Shown: positions 39,643-48,389 of the stretch, one piece after another
Position numbering within the stretch: the stretch's first letter is position 1
Layout of the letters: each line of letters starts with the position of its first letter
Made by a program: the position numbers and the translations under genes
From: an uncultured Eubacteriales bacterium
GTDB taxonomy: Bacteria > Bacillota > Clostridia > Christensenellales > Aristaeellaceae
Assembly (NCBI GenBank): GCA_902781945.1
Contig: CACZLE010000003.1
Coordinates: 39,637 to 103,636, forward strand
Reading direction: 5' to 3'
Length of the DNA: 64,000 nucleotides
The notes under the pieces: generated by a model
The model's database searches: none
Told to the model about the DNA's origin: nothing
What the model saw: the letters and a program-made list of their open reading frames with translations, nothing else

Positions 39643-40539
39643 ATGGAAATATCCACCTCCACCAATATCTGCGCGTTCCAGCGGGGCCGTGAACGGCTGC
39701 CGGTGGAATTCAGCATCGAAACCTGCGCGAAGGCCGGATACCGGGTGCTGGACATCAATTTCTGCATGGCCATGAACCCGGAATCCCCCCTGCGGGGGCC
39801 GGACTGGGAGGATTACGTCCGCTCCATCGGCGATCTGGCCGCGCAATACGGCATCCGCTTCAATCAGTCCCATCTGCCCTATTATGACGTGTGGGCCAAG
39901 CGGGATACCCCGGATGCGAGGATCATGGAGGAGCTGATCCGCCGCTCCATCCGGGGCACGGCCCTGCTGGGGGCCCGCTGGGCGGTGACCCACCCCTTCA
40001 CCGTGTGGGACGCGGGCCAGGATATGGCCCTGTCCAAGCGGGCGAATCTGCAATATTATGCGCCCCATGTGGAATTGGCCCGGCAATGCGGCGTGGGCAT
40101 CGCCCTGGAAAACGACTTTGAATACCAGGGCAGCCTGCGGCGGGTCTATTGCGCCAGCGTCTATGAATTGATGGACCTGTGCGACGCCTTCGGCGATCCG
40201 GAGCATGTGGGGATCTGCTATGATTTCGGCCACGCCAACCTGACCGGCGGCAGCCATCGGCAAAATCTGAACGCCATCGGAAAGCGCCTGAAAGCCGTCC
40301 ACGTGCAGGACAATCACGGCCAGAGCGACGAGCATCTGCTGCCCTTCTTCGGCTCCATCGACTGGGAGCAGGCCATGCTGGGCCTGGCGGAAAGCGACTA
40401 TACGGGGGATTTGACCTTCGAGATCCAGGAATACGGCAGATACCTGCCCCGGGACATGAAGCACCTGGCCGTGGAACAGTCCCTGGCCGTGGGGGAAAGG
40501 CTGCTGACCCTTTGGAAAAAGGGCGCGGAGTCAATGTAA
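39643..40539 (+). CDS. xylose isomerase-like TIM-barrel protein (sugar phosphate isomerase/epimerase, AP_endonuc_2 family)
   Basis: 298 aa with IALEND, FGHANL and HVQDNHGQSDEHLLPFFGSIDW metal-site patterns of this superfamily. It starts 8 nt after the SBP stop. Confidence 0.8.
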   Translation: MEISTSTNICAFQRGRERLPVEFSIETCAKAGYRVLDINFCMAMNPESPLRGPDWEDYVRSIGDLAAQYGIRFNQSHLPYYDVWAKRDTPDARIMEELIRRSIRGTALLGARWAVTHPFTVWDAGQDMALSKRANLQYYAPHVELARQCGVGIALENDFEYQGSLRRVYCASVYELMDLCDAFGDPEHVGICYDFGHANLTGGSHRQNLNAIGKRLKAVHVQDNHGQSDEHLLPFFGSIDWEQAMLGLAESDYTGDLTFEIQEYGRYLPRDMKHLAVEQSLAVGERLLTLWKKGAESM

Positions 40540-40740
40540 GAATATGAAGGCGTTTTCTGCTTTGCTTTTTTGTGATTTTCTTACTTTTTTTGAAAAAAAG
40601 GGTGGACATACAAAAAGTAATGTGGTATATTTATGGCTGAGTATTTCTGCTTTTTGCGTGCTTTTTTGTACGCTTGGACGGAGAAACTCTTGCGTTAGCA
40701 CGGAATGCATGACGGACTGAAACGGCAAAGGAAGCGTTCA

Positions 40741-41769
40741 ATGAGCAGATTTCGCGGCCATCATTCCCCACCGACCAGACGCCGGACGACAGTGAAGTTC
40801 GCCATCGCGCTGGCCGCGGCCCTCATCCTGGTGGTGGGCGGCTATTTGGTGGGTGAGTGGCTGGAGAACCGTTCCTACCAAGAGGAACGTCAGCAGATGA
40901 GCGAGAATTTCGGCCTGCTGCCCACCATGGAATACCAGGGGCAGACCTACATGCGCAGGCCGGAAGTCACCACCATGCTGCTGATGGGCGTGGATCAGCA
41001 CATGGACGAGGAGCCCACGGGCAGCCGTCACGGCGGACGCGCGGACTTCCTGCTGCTGATGGCCCTGGATCACAAAAACCAGAAGGTCTATCAGCTGCAA
41101 ATCGACCGCGACACCTTTACCGAGGTCCCCGTTGTGGGTGTGCTGGGCAACGAGGTCGGCACCCGCGCCATGCAGATCTGCCTGGCCTACAACTACGGCA
41201 ACAACAACGAGGAACGCTGCCGCCACACCGTGCAGGCCGTGCAGATGCTGCTCAACGACGAGCCCATCGAACTGGCCCTGGCGGTCAAGCTGGACGGTAT
41301 CGCGGTGCTCAACCAGGCCTTGGGCGGCATCCGGGTGACCATCCCGGAGGATATGACCGTTGTGGATCCCGCCTTTACGGCAGGGGCCACCCTGACCCTG
41401 ACGGATGCCCAGACCGAAAAGCTGGTGCGCGCCCGCATGACGGTGGGGGACGGGCTGAACGTCTCCCGTATGCGCAGGCAGCGGACCTTCCTGGAGGCTG
41501 CCACCCGGCAGCTGCGCAGCATGCTGGCGTCGGATTCCGACTTCGCCGGCAGGCTCTTTGACTCGCTGGAAGCGATTTCCAGCTACACCAATGTGACCCG
41601 CGGACGGCTGATCAACGAGGCCAACCGCGCGTACAACTATGATATTCAACCCGTCGATACATTGGCGGCTGAATATAAGATCGGCGCGCAGGAGCTGATG
41701 GAATGCCATGTGGACAAGGATGCAGTTACGGCATGGCTGATCAAAACGCTCTACGAGCCGAAAAATTGA
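40741..41769 (+). CDS. LCP family (LytR-CpsA-Psr) glycopolymer transferase
   Basis: N-terminal TM helix, then TMLLMGVDQ...GGRADFLLLMALD...QIDRDT core motifs. Confidence 0.85.
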   Translation: MSRFRGHHSPPTRRRTTVKFAIALAAALILVVGGYLVGEWLENRSYQEERQQMSENFGLLPTMEYQGQTYMRRPEVTTMLLMGVDQHMDEEPTGSRHGGRADFLLLMALDHKNQKVYQLQIDRDTFTEVPVVGVLGNEVGTRAMQICLAYNYGNNNEERCRHTVQAVQMLLNDEPIELALAVKLDGIAVLNQALGGIRVTIPEDMTVVDPAFTAGATLTLTDAQTEKLVRARMTVGDGLNVSRMRRQRTFLEAATRQLRSMLASDSDFAGRLFDSLEAISSYTNVTRGRLINEANRAYNYDIQPVDTLAAEYKIGAQELMECHVDKDAVTAWLIKTLYEPKN

Positions 41770-41783
41770 AGGGAGATAAAACA

Positions 41784-42416
41784 ATGAAAAAGACGATTGC
41801 GTTACTGTTGGTGGCCGTGATGGCGCTGTCTCTGACCTCTGCCTTCGCGAGCAGCCCTAAGAACTATGAGGAGCCCGTCACGGTGGTCACCCCCACTCCC
41901 GCTCCCGCTGCTCCCGCCGCCCCCGCTGCTCCTGCTGAAGAAGTAGAGGAAGAAGTCGAAGCCGAAAACCTGGTCGTTGCCGTCGTGGAGAGCGAAGCGG
42001 TGGACGAGGCTGTCGAAGAGATCAAAAAGATGGTCGCCGAAGAAAAGCCCGTCATTGAGTACTTCCCTGAAGAAACTCAGGAAGAAGTGAAGGCTGTTCT
42101 GCCCGAGACCGTGAAGGCTGAGGATCTGGAACTGAATGAGTTCGTCGGCATGGCCGTGGACAACTTTGAACAGGTTGTTGAAGAAGCGGACGAAGTTCGC
42201 GTTATCATCGCCTTCACCACCAAGTATGATCCTGAGCAGGAAGTGTTCCCCCTGATCGGTCTGGTGGACGAGGCCGGCAATGTGACCTGGGTTCTGATTG
42301 AAGCTGAAGTGCAGGAAGACGGCTCTCTGATGCTGATCATCCCCACCGACGTGCTGGAGAAGATGGGCAACGCCGCTTCCGTTCAGGTTGCTATTCTGAG
42401 CACTCCTCAGAAGTAA
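41784..42416 (+). CDS. secreted acidic protein, unknown function
   Basis: Signal peptide MKKTIALLLVAVMALSLTSAFA, a PTPAPAAPAAPAAPA linker and a Glu/Val-rich body. GGGAG sits 9 nt upstream of the ATG. Confidence 0.7.
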   Translation: MKKTIALLLVAVMALSLTSAFASSPKNYEEPVTVVTPTPAPAAPAAPAAPAEEVEEEVEAENLVVAVVESEAVDEAVEEIKKMVAEEKPVIEYFPEETQEEVKAVLPETVKAEDLELNEFVGMAVDNFEQVVEEADEVRVIIAFTTKYDPEQEVFPLIGLVDEAGNVTWVLIEAEVQEDGSLMLIIPTDVLEKMGNAASVQVAILSTPQK

Positions 42417-42430
42417 TCGATAAGTAATTG

Positions 42431-42466
42431 CGTACCCGATGGCCATATTAGCGGCCATCGGGTACG
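42431..42466 (+). terminator. strong hairpin after the acidic-protein gene (terminator candidate, no clear U-tract)
   Basis: 14-bp perfect stem CGTACCCGATGGCC / GGCCATCGGGTACG. Confidence 0.5.
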
Positions 42467-42565
42467 TATGATACGTTCTACAGACCAAATGGAGGCGGTC
42501 AGCATCCGACCGCGTTGTTTGGTTTCATGGGCTAAAAAACACAGTGGATAGAGCGGAGGATACCC

Positions 42566-43366
42566 ATGGCATCACCGGAAACAAAGGCATTACTGGAAAA
42601 TGAAAACCGCAAGCAGGGCATGCAGTCGGATACGATGGAAATCGATCTGGTTGAGTTGATGTACCGTTTGCTGGAAAAGGCGAAATATATCATTCTGGCA
42701 GCGCTGCTGGGAGCGATCATTTCCGGTGCATATACGGTTTTCCGGATCACGCCTTTGTACACCGCGACCTCCAAGCTGTATGTGGTCAACAGCGCCAACT
42801 CGGTCATCGACCTGTCCGCGCTGAACATGGGCACGCAGCTGGCGTCGGACTACAAGGAAGTCTTTTCCAACTGGCATGTGCATGAGCGCGTGCTGCAAAA
42901 GCTGGATCTTCCCTATAGTTATAAGCAGCTGAACGATATGGTTTCCGTCTCCAATTCCGAGTCCCAGCGTATCCTGCACATCAAGGTGACCTCTCCTTCG
43001 CCGGAGGAGGCCAAGCTGCTGGCGGATACCTACGCGCAGGTGGCACAGGAATTCATCGCAGAGACCATGAGCACCCAGCGCCCCAACATCTTCCAGGAAG
43101 CGCTGCGGCCCACGGCTCCTTCTTCGCCCAACAAGACCCGCAACATCATCCTGGGCTTCATGCTGGGAGCCATCCTGGCCGCCGGCATCGTGGTGGTGCA
43201 GTTCATCGTGGACGACAGGATCCACAGCGAAGAGGACATTACCAAATACCTGGATCTGCCCGTGCTTGGCATGATGCCCAGCCAGCGGCAGGAAGTAAAG
43301 GGTAATAAAAAGAAGCAGCCGCACAAGAAGGACAGCAATACCAAGCGGGAGGAGACTGAAAAATGA
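42566..43366 (+). CDS. Wzz/CpsC-type polysaccharide chain-length determinant (BY-kinase transmembrane modulator)
   Basis: 266 aa with EIDLVELMYRLLEKAKYIIL plus TM, a second TM near the C-terminus and a lysine-rich tail. GGAGGA upstream. Confidence 0.85.
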   Translation: MASPETKALLENENRKQGMQSDTMEIDLVELMYRLLEKAKYIILAALLGAIISGAYTVFRITPLYTATSKLYVVNSANSVIDLSALNMGTQLASDYKEVFSNWHVHERVLQKLDLPYSYKQLNDMVSVSNSESQRILHIKVTSPSPEEAKLLADTYAQVAQEFIAETMSTQRPNIFQEALRPTAPSSPNKTRNIILGFMLGAILAAGIVVVQFIVDDRIHSEEDITKYLDLPVLGMMPSQRQEVKGNKKKQPHKKDSNTKREETEK

Positions 43367-44079
43367 AACTGGCACAATTCAGACGCCTGAACCCGCTGGA
43401 TTACTCCGGCACGGAAGCCGTGAACACCATTTGTTCCAACTTGTCCTTCTCCGGACGGCATGTGCGGAAGATCGTCATTACCAGCTGCAATTCCGGCGAC
43501 GGCAAGAGCTATATGAGCGTGCAGATCGCCTATAACCTGGCCCAGCGCGGCAAGCGCGTGCTGCTGATCGACGCGGACTTGCGCAAATCCAATCTGGTCA
43601 GCCGCTATGGCATCACCACCGACGGCGAAATGACCGGCCTGGTGCACTATCTGGCAGGCTACAACGGACTGGAGGACGTGATCTACCGCACCAATATGGA
43701 GAACTTCCATCTGCTGCCGGTGGGCCGCGATATCGCCAATCCCATCCCGCTGCTGGACGCGCCCGCGTTCTCCGATCTGCTCAATTTCCTGGCGGAAAAG
43801 TACGACATGGTATTGTTGGACGCTCCGCCGGTGGGTCTGGTCATCGACGCGGCGGAAATCGCCCGCTGCTGCGACGGCGTGCTGCTGGTGGTCAAACACA
43901 GCCACACCCATCGCAAGGAAATGCAGGCGGCCAAGCAGCAGCTGGAACAGACCGGCTGCCCCATCCTGGGCTGCGTGCTCAACGACGTGTCCTTCGACAG
44001 TATCAGCGCGAAAAAATATTACAACAAGTCCTATTATTCCCATTACGGAGATTATTACCGTAAGAATAATAAGGACTGA
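43363..44079 (+). CDS. CpsD/CapB-type tyrosine-protein kinase (BY-kinase)
   Basis: Walker A SGDGKS, A' LLIDADLRKS, Walker B VLLDAPPV, and a C-terminal tyrosine cluster YYNKSYYSHYGDYYRK. Confidence 0.9.
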   Translation: MKLAQFRRLNPLDYSGTEAVNTICSNLSFSGRHVRKIVITSCNSGDGKSYMSVQIAYNLAQRGKRVLLIDADLRKSNLVSRYGITTDGEMTGLVHYLAGYNGLEDVIYRTNMENFHLLPVGRDIANPIPLLDAPAFSDLLNFLAEKYDMVLLDAPPVGLVIDAAEIARCCDGVLLVVKHSHTHRKEMQAAKQQLEQTGCPILGCVLNDVSFDSISAKKYYNKSYYSHYGDYYRKNNKD

Positions 44080-44094
44080 TCGCAGGGAACCGAA

Positions 44095-44808
44095 ATGCAG
44101 TTTGCCGATTTGCACCACCATGTGATCTACGGGGTAGACGATGGTCCGCAGACCTTCGAGGATGCGCAGGCCATGCTCCGCAGAGCCCATGAGAATGGGG
44201 TCACGGATATTGCCGCCACCTCCCATGCTACGCCAGGCCGTCATCGTTTTCCCATGGATACCTACCTGGAGCATCTGCGCAAAGAGCAGGCGTGGGCGGA
44301 CGAACAGGGCCTGGGGATCCGGCTGCATACCGGCTGTGAGATTCTGTATACGGACGAGACGGTTCGTCTGCTGCAGGACAACGCGATTCCCACCATTGAC
44401 GGCACGCGGCTGATCCTGGTGGAATTCCTGCCCGCAAACGATTTCAACCATATCCAGAATGCCGTGCGCAGGCTGGGCAACGCGGGTTACACCGTGATCG
44501 TGGCCCATGCGGAGCGGTATGACGGAACGCGCAAGGTGGAGGATCTGCGCGCCTTGCGGGAAGATCTTGGCGCATATATTCAAATCAATGCCCATACCTT
44601 CATTTCTCCCGGTGGTTTCTTCGCGAAGCGCTGGCTGAGAAAGGTGATGGAGAATGGATGCTGCGACCTGGCCGCCACGGACGCCCATAACACGTCCAGC
44701 CGCTCCTGCCAGATGAAAAAGTGTCATGAGACGATCATCAAGGAATGGGGACAGGACACCGCGAACAGCTTGTGCATCGAAACGCCCCGTCAATTACTGG
44801 GCATATAA
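44095..44808 (+). CDS. CpsB/YwqE-type PHP-family tyrosine-protein phosphatase
   Basis: DLHHHVIYGVDDGP and TSHATPG motifs. 237 aa. Confidence 0.85.
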   Translation: MQFADLHHHVIYGVDDGPQTFEDAQAMLRRAHENGVTDIAATSHATPGRHRFPMDTYLEHLRKEQAWADEQGLGIRLHTGCEILYTDETVRLLQDNAIPTIDGTRLILVEFLPANDFNHIQNAVRRLGNAGYTVIVAHAERYDGTRKVEDLRALREDLGAYIQINAHTFISPGGFFAKRWLRKVMENGCCDLAATDAHNTSSRSCQMKKCHETIIKEWGQDTANSLCIETPRQLLGI

Positions 44809-45009
44809 GAAACAGCTTCATATATGGCCTCGACAAAGTGATGCTTTGGCGGGCTTTTTTTATGCGTAGATCGAAAAGCAACTGCGGCTGTACGCGGGAA
44901 CAGAGACAATTTGGAATATCTTTGGTTGCGGAAACGAACAAAATCATATATAATATAGTTTGGTATGGTTTAGTTTTTGTCTGATAAGATACAAGAGAGG
45001 TGGAAATCG

Positions 45010-45897
45010 ATGAAGGGAATCATTCTGGCGGGCGGCGCGGGAACGCGGCTGTATCCATTGACCATGGTGACCTCCAAGCAATTGCTGCCGATTTACGATA
45101 AACCGATGGTCTATTATCCCTTGTCCACACTGATGCTGGCGGGGATCAAGGATATCCTGGTGATCAGCACGCCGGAGGATACCCCCCGCTTTGAGCATCT
45201 GCTGGGCGATGGAAGCCAGTTTGGCATTTCCCTGTCCTACAAGGTGCAGCCCAGCCCGGACGGCCTGGCCCAGGCGTTCATCCTGGGGGAAGAGTTTATA
45301 GGTGACGACGCCTGCGCCATGGTGCTGGGCGACAATATCTTTTATGGCAACGGCTTTGGCAGGATCCTGCGTTCCACTGTGGAGAATGCGGAGAAGAATG
45401 GCCGGGGCACGGTGTTCGGCTATTATGTGACCGATCCGGAACGCTTTGGCGTGGTGGATTTTGATGCAAACGGCAAGGCTGTCAGCATCGAGGAAAAGCC
45501 GGCCCATCCCAAGAGCAATTATGCGGTGACGGGCCTGTATTTCTATCCGGCGGGGGTCAGCGCCCGGGCAAAGCAGGTCAAGCCTTCCGCCCGGGGAGAA
45601 CTGGAAATCACCACGCTGAACGCCATGTATTTGCAGGACGGCCTGCTGGACGTGCAGCTGCTGGGCCGCGGCTTTGCCTGGCTGGACACCGGCACCATGG
45701 ACAGCCTGGTGGAGGCGGCGGATTTTGTGCGCATGGTGGAAAAGCGACAGGGCATCAAGATTTCCGCCCCGGAGGAAATCGCCTATAAATATGGCTGGAT
45801 CAGCCATGAGCAGCTGCTGGAATCGGCGGAAAAATATGGCAAGAGCCCCTATGGCGCGCATCTGCGCGCGGTAGCGGAAGGCAAGGTGCAATACTGA
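45010..45897 (+). CDS. rfbA: glucose-1-phosphate thymidylyltransferase
   Basis: [36 protein letters not shown] is a canonical RmlA N-terminus. Confidence 0.95.
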   Translation: MKGIILAGGAGTRLYPLTMVTSKQLLPIYDKPMVYYPLSTLMLAGIKDILVISTPEDTPRFEHLLGDGSQFGISLSYKVQPSPDGLAQAFILGEEFIGDDACAMVLGDNIFYGNGFGRILRSTVENAEKNGRGTVFGYYVTDPERFGVVDFDANGKAVSIEEKPAHPKSNYAVTGLYFYPAGVSARAKQVKPSARGELEITTLNAMYLQDGLLDVQLLGRGFAWLDTGTMDSLVEAADFVRMVEKRQGIKISAPEEIAYKYGWISHEQLLESAEKYGKSPYGAHLRAVAEGKVQY

Positions 45898-46460
45898 TGA
45901 ATAAGATCGAAACAAGTCTGCCCGGCGTATACATCATCGAGCCCCGGGTCTTCGGCGACCAGCGCGGGTATTTTATGGAAACCTGGTCCACCCGAAATTT
46001 TGAGGAAATGGGCCTGCATTATGATTTTGTGCAGGACAATCAGAGCTATTCCAGCCAGAAGGGCATCCTGCGGGGCATTCATTTCCAGAACGCGCCCTAT
46101 GCCCAGGCGAAGCTGGTGCGGGTCACCCGGGGAGCGGTGCTGGACGTGGCGGTGGATCTGCGGCGCGGCAGCCCCACCTATAAGCAATGGGTGGCGGTGG
46201 AACTGAGCGCCGAAAACAAGCGCATGGTCATGATCCCCCGGGGCTTCGGCCACGGTTTCAAGACCCTGACGGAGGATGTGGAATTCTGCTACAAGGTGGA
46301 TAACCTGTACAGCAAGGAATGTGATCGGGGCATACGCTTTGACGATCCGGAAATCGGCGTGGATTGGGGCGAGGTGACCCGGGAGCTGCTCAGCGAGAAG
46401 GATACCTATTCTCCGCTGCTGCGGGATTCGGACTGCAATTTCATATACGGGGAGGTATAA
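45897..46460 (+). CDS. rfbC: dTDP-4-dehydrorhamnose 3,5-epimerase
   Basis: GVYIIEPRVFGDQRGYFMETW and RGIHFQ motifs. Confidence 0.95.
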   Translation: MNKIETSLPGVYIIEPRVFGDQRGYFMETWSTRNFEEMGLHYDFVQDNQSYSSQKGILRGIHFQNAPYAQAKLVRVTRGAVLDVAVDLRRGSPTYKQWVAVELSAENKRMVMIPRGFGHGFKTLTEDVEFCYKVDNLYSKECDRGIRFDDPEIGVDWGEVTRELLSEKDTYSPLLRDSDCNFIYGEV

Positions 46461-46463
46461 ACC

Positions 46464-47498
46464 ATGGGCCAGACCATCATTGTCACCGGCGGCGCCGGTT
46501 TTATTGGCAGCAACTTCATTTTTCATATGCTCAAGGCGCATCCGGAGGACCGCATCGTCTGTCTGGATAAGCTGACCTACGCGGGTAATCTGTCCACCCT
46601 CCAGTCCGTCATGGATCATCCGGCTTTCCGCTTTGTCAAATTGGATATCTGTGACCGGGAGGGCGTCTACCGCCTGTTTGAGGAGGAGCATCCCGATATC
46701 CTGGTCAATTTTGCCGCGGAGAGCCACGTGGACCGCAGCATCGAGGATCCCGGCGTGTTCCTGCAAACCAATATCCTGGGTACGGCCACGCTGATGGATG
46801 CCTGCCGCAAGTACGGCATCGGGCGCTATCATCAGGTGTCCACCGACGAGGTGTACGGCGATCTGCCCCTGGATCGGCCCGACCTGTTCTTCACGGAGGA
46901 GACCCCCATCCATACCAGCAGCCCGTACAGCGCCTCCAAAGCCAGCGCTGATCTGCTGGTCATGGCCTATCACCGCACCTTCGGTCTGCCCGTGACCATC
47001 AGCCGGTGCTCCAACAACTATGGCCCCTATCACTTCCCGGAAAAGCTGATCCCCCTGATGATCGCCAACTGCCTGAACGACAAACCCCTGCCTGTCTATG
47101 GCCAGGGCCTCAACGTGCGGGATTGGCTCTATGTGGAGGACCATTGCCGCGCCATCGACCTGATCATCCACAATGGACGCGTGGGCGAGGTCTACAACGT
47201 GGGCGGCCACAACGAAATGCGCAACATCGATATCGTCAAGCTCATCTGCAAGGAGCTGGGCAAGCCCGAAAGCCTGATCACCTATGTGGCGGACCGCAAG
47301 GGCCACGATATGCGCTATGCCATCGATCCCACCAAGATCCACAATGAACTGGGATGGCTGCCCGAAACCAGGTTTGCCGACGGCATCAAAAAGACCGTAA
47401 AATGGTATCTGGAAAACCGCGGCTGGTGGGAGGAGATCATCAGCGGCGAATATCAGAACTACTATGAAAAGATGTACGGCAGCAGGGAGAAAGCCTGA
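46464..47498 (+). CDS. rfbB: dTDP-glucose 4,6-dehydratase
   Basis: IIVTGGAGFIGSNF, STDEVYG and YSASKA motifs. Confidence 0.95.
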   Translation: MGQTIIVTGGAGFIGSNFIFHMLKAHPEDRIVCLDKLTYAGNLSTLQSVMDHPAFRFVKLDICDREGVYRLFEEEHPDILVNFAAESHVDRSIEDPGVFLQTNILGTATLMDACRKYGIGRYHQVSTDEVYGDLPLDRPDLFFTEETPIHTSSPYSASKASADLLVMAYHRTFGLPVTISRCSNNYGPYHFPEKLIPLMIANCLNDKPLPVYGQGLNVRDWLYVEDHCRAIDLIIHNGRVGEVYNVGGHNEMRNIDIVKLICKELGKPESLITYVADRKGHDMRYAIDPTKIHNELGWLPETRFADGIKKTVKWYLENRGWWEEIISGEYQNYYEKMYGSREKA

Positions 47499-48373
47499 TG
47501 AAAGTATTTGTGACGGGCGTGGGCGGCCAGCTGGGCCACGACGTGGTGGAGGAGCTGCTGCGGCGCGGCCATGAAGCCGTGGGCTCCGATCTGACACCGC
47601 CCGCTGTGCCGCTGGATATCACGGATGAAATTGCCGTGGGAAAAATGATCGCTGAGATCCATCCCGACGCGGTGATCCATTGCGCCGCCTGGACGGCGGT
47701 GGATGCGGCGGAGGAACCGGAAAACCGGGAGAAGGTCTTTGCCATCAATGCGGGCGGCACCCGGAATATCGCCGCGGCCTGCCGGGCTGCGGAGGCCAAA
47801 ATGATCTATATCAGCACGGATTACGTGTTTGACGGCCAGGGGGAGCAGCCCTGGCGGCCCGATGATCCGGCTTTCGCCCCGCTGAACGTCTACGGCCAGA
47901 GCAAGCTGGCGGGCGAGCGGGCGGTGGAAGAACTGCTGGAGCAGTATTTCATCGTGCGCATCGCCTGGGTCTTTGGCAAAAACGGCAAAAATTTCGTCCG
48001 GACCATGCTGAACGTGGGCCGCACCCATGATACGGTCCGGGTGGTCAACGACCAGTTTGGCACGCCCACCTATACCTTCGATCTGGCGCGGCTGCTGGTG
48101 GACATGGCGGAGACGGAAAAATATGGCCGCTATCATGTGACTAATACCGGCGGCTATATCTCCTGGTATGATTTCACCCGGGAGATCTACCGTCAGGCCG
48201 GATTGGATACCCGTGTGATCCCCGTGACCACGGAGGAATATGGCCTCAGCCGCGCGGCACGCCCGCGCAATTCCCGGCTGAACCAGGAAAAGCTGCGTCA
48301 GATGGGCTTTGAGCCCCTGCCTGTCTGGCAGGACGCCCTGGGCCGGTATCTGAAAGAACTTGAACAAGAGTAA
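47498..48373 (+). CDS. rfbD: dTDP-4-dehydrorhamnose reductase
   Basis: MKVFVTGVGGQLG, ISTDYVFDG and YGQSKLAGE motifs. Confidence 0.95.
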   Translation: MKVFVTGVGGQLGHDVVEELLRRGHEAVGSDLTPPAVPLDITDEIAVGKMIAEIHPDAVIHCAAWTAVDAAEEPENREKVFAINAGGTRNIAAACRAAEAKMIYISTDYVFDGQGEQPWRPDDPAFAPLNVYGQSKLAGERAVEELLEQYFIVRIAWVFGKNGKNFVRTMLNVGRTHDTVRVVNDQFGTPTYTFDLARLLVDMAETEKYGRYHVTNTGGYISWYDFTREIYRQAGLDTRVIPVTTEEYGLSRAARPRNSRLNQEKLRQMGFEPLPVWQDALGRYLKELEQE

Positions 48374-48389
48374 AGGAACCGAGCAACAG

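Noticed and set aside
40545-40700. AT-rich spacer with a loosely repeated TTCTGCTTT..GC..TTTTTTGT motif and a 65-aa minus-strand ORF.
   Set aside because: The repeat is short and imperfect in a T-rich context, so it is likely chance or promoter UP-element-like sequence. A TGGACA-17-TATATT extended -10 promoter for the LCP gene explains the region. The ORF has no SD and an implausible sequence.
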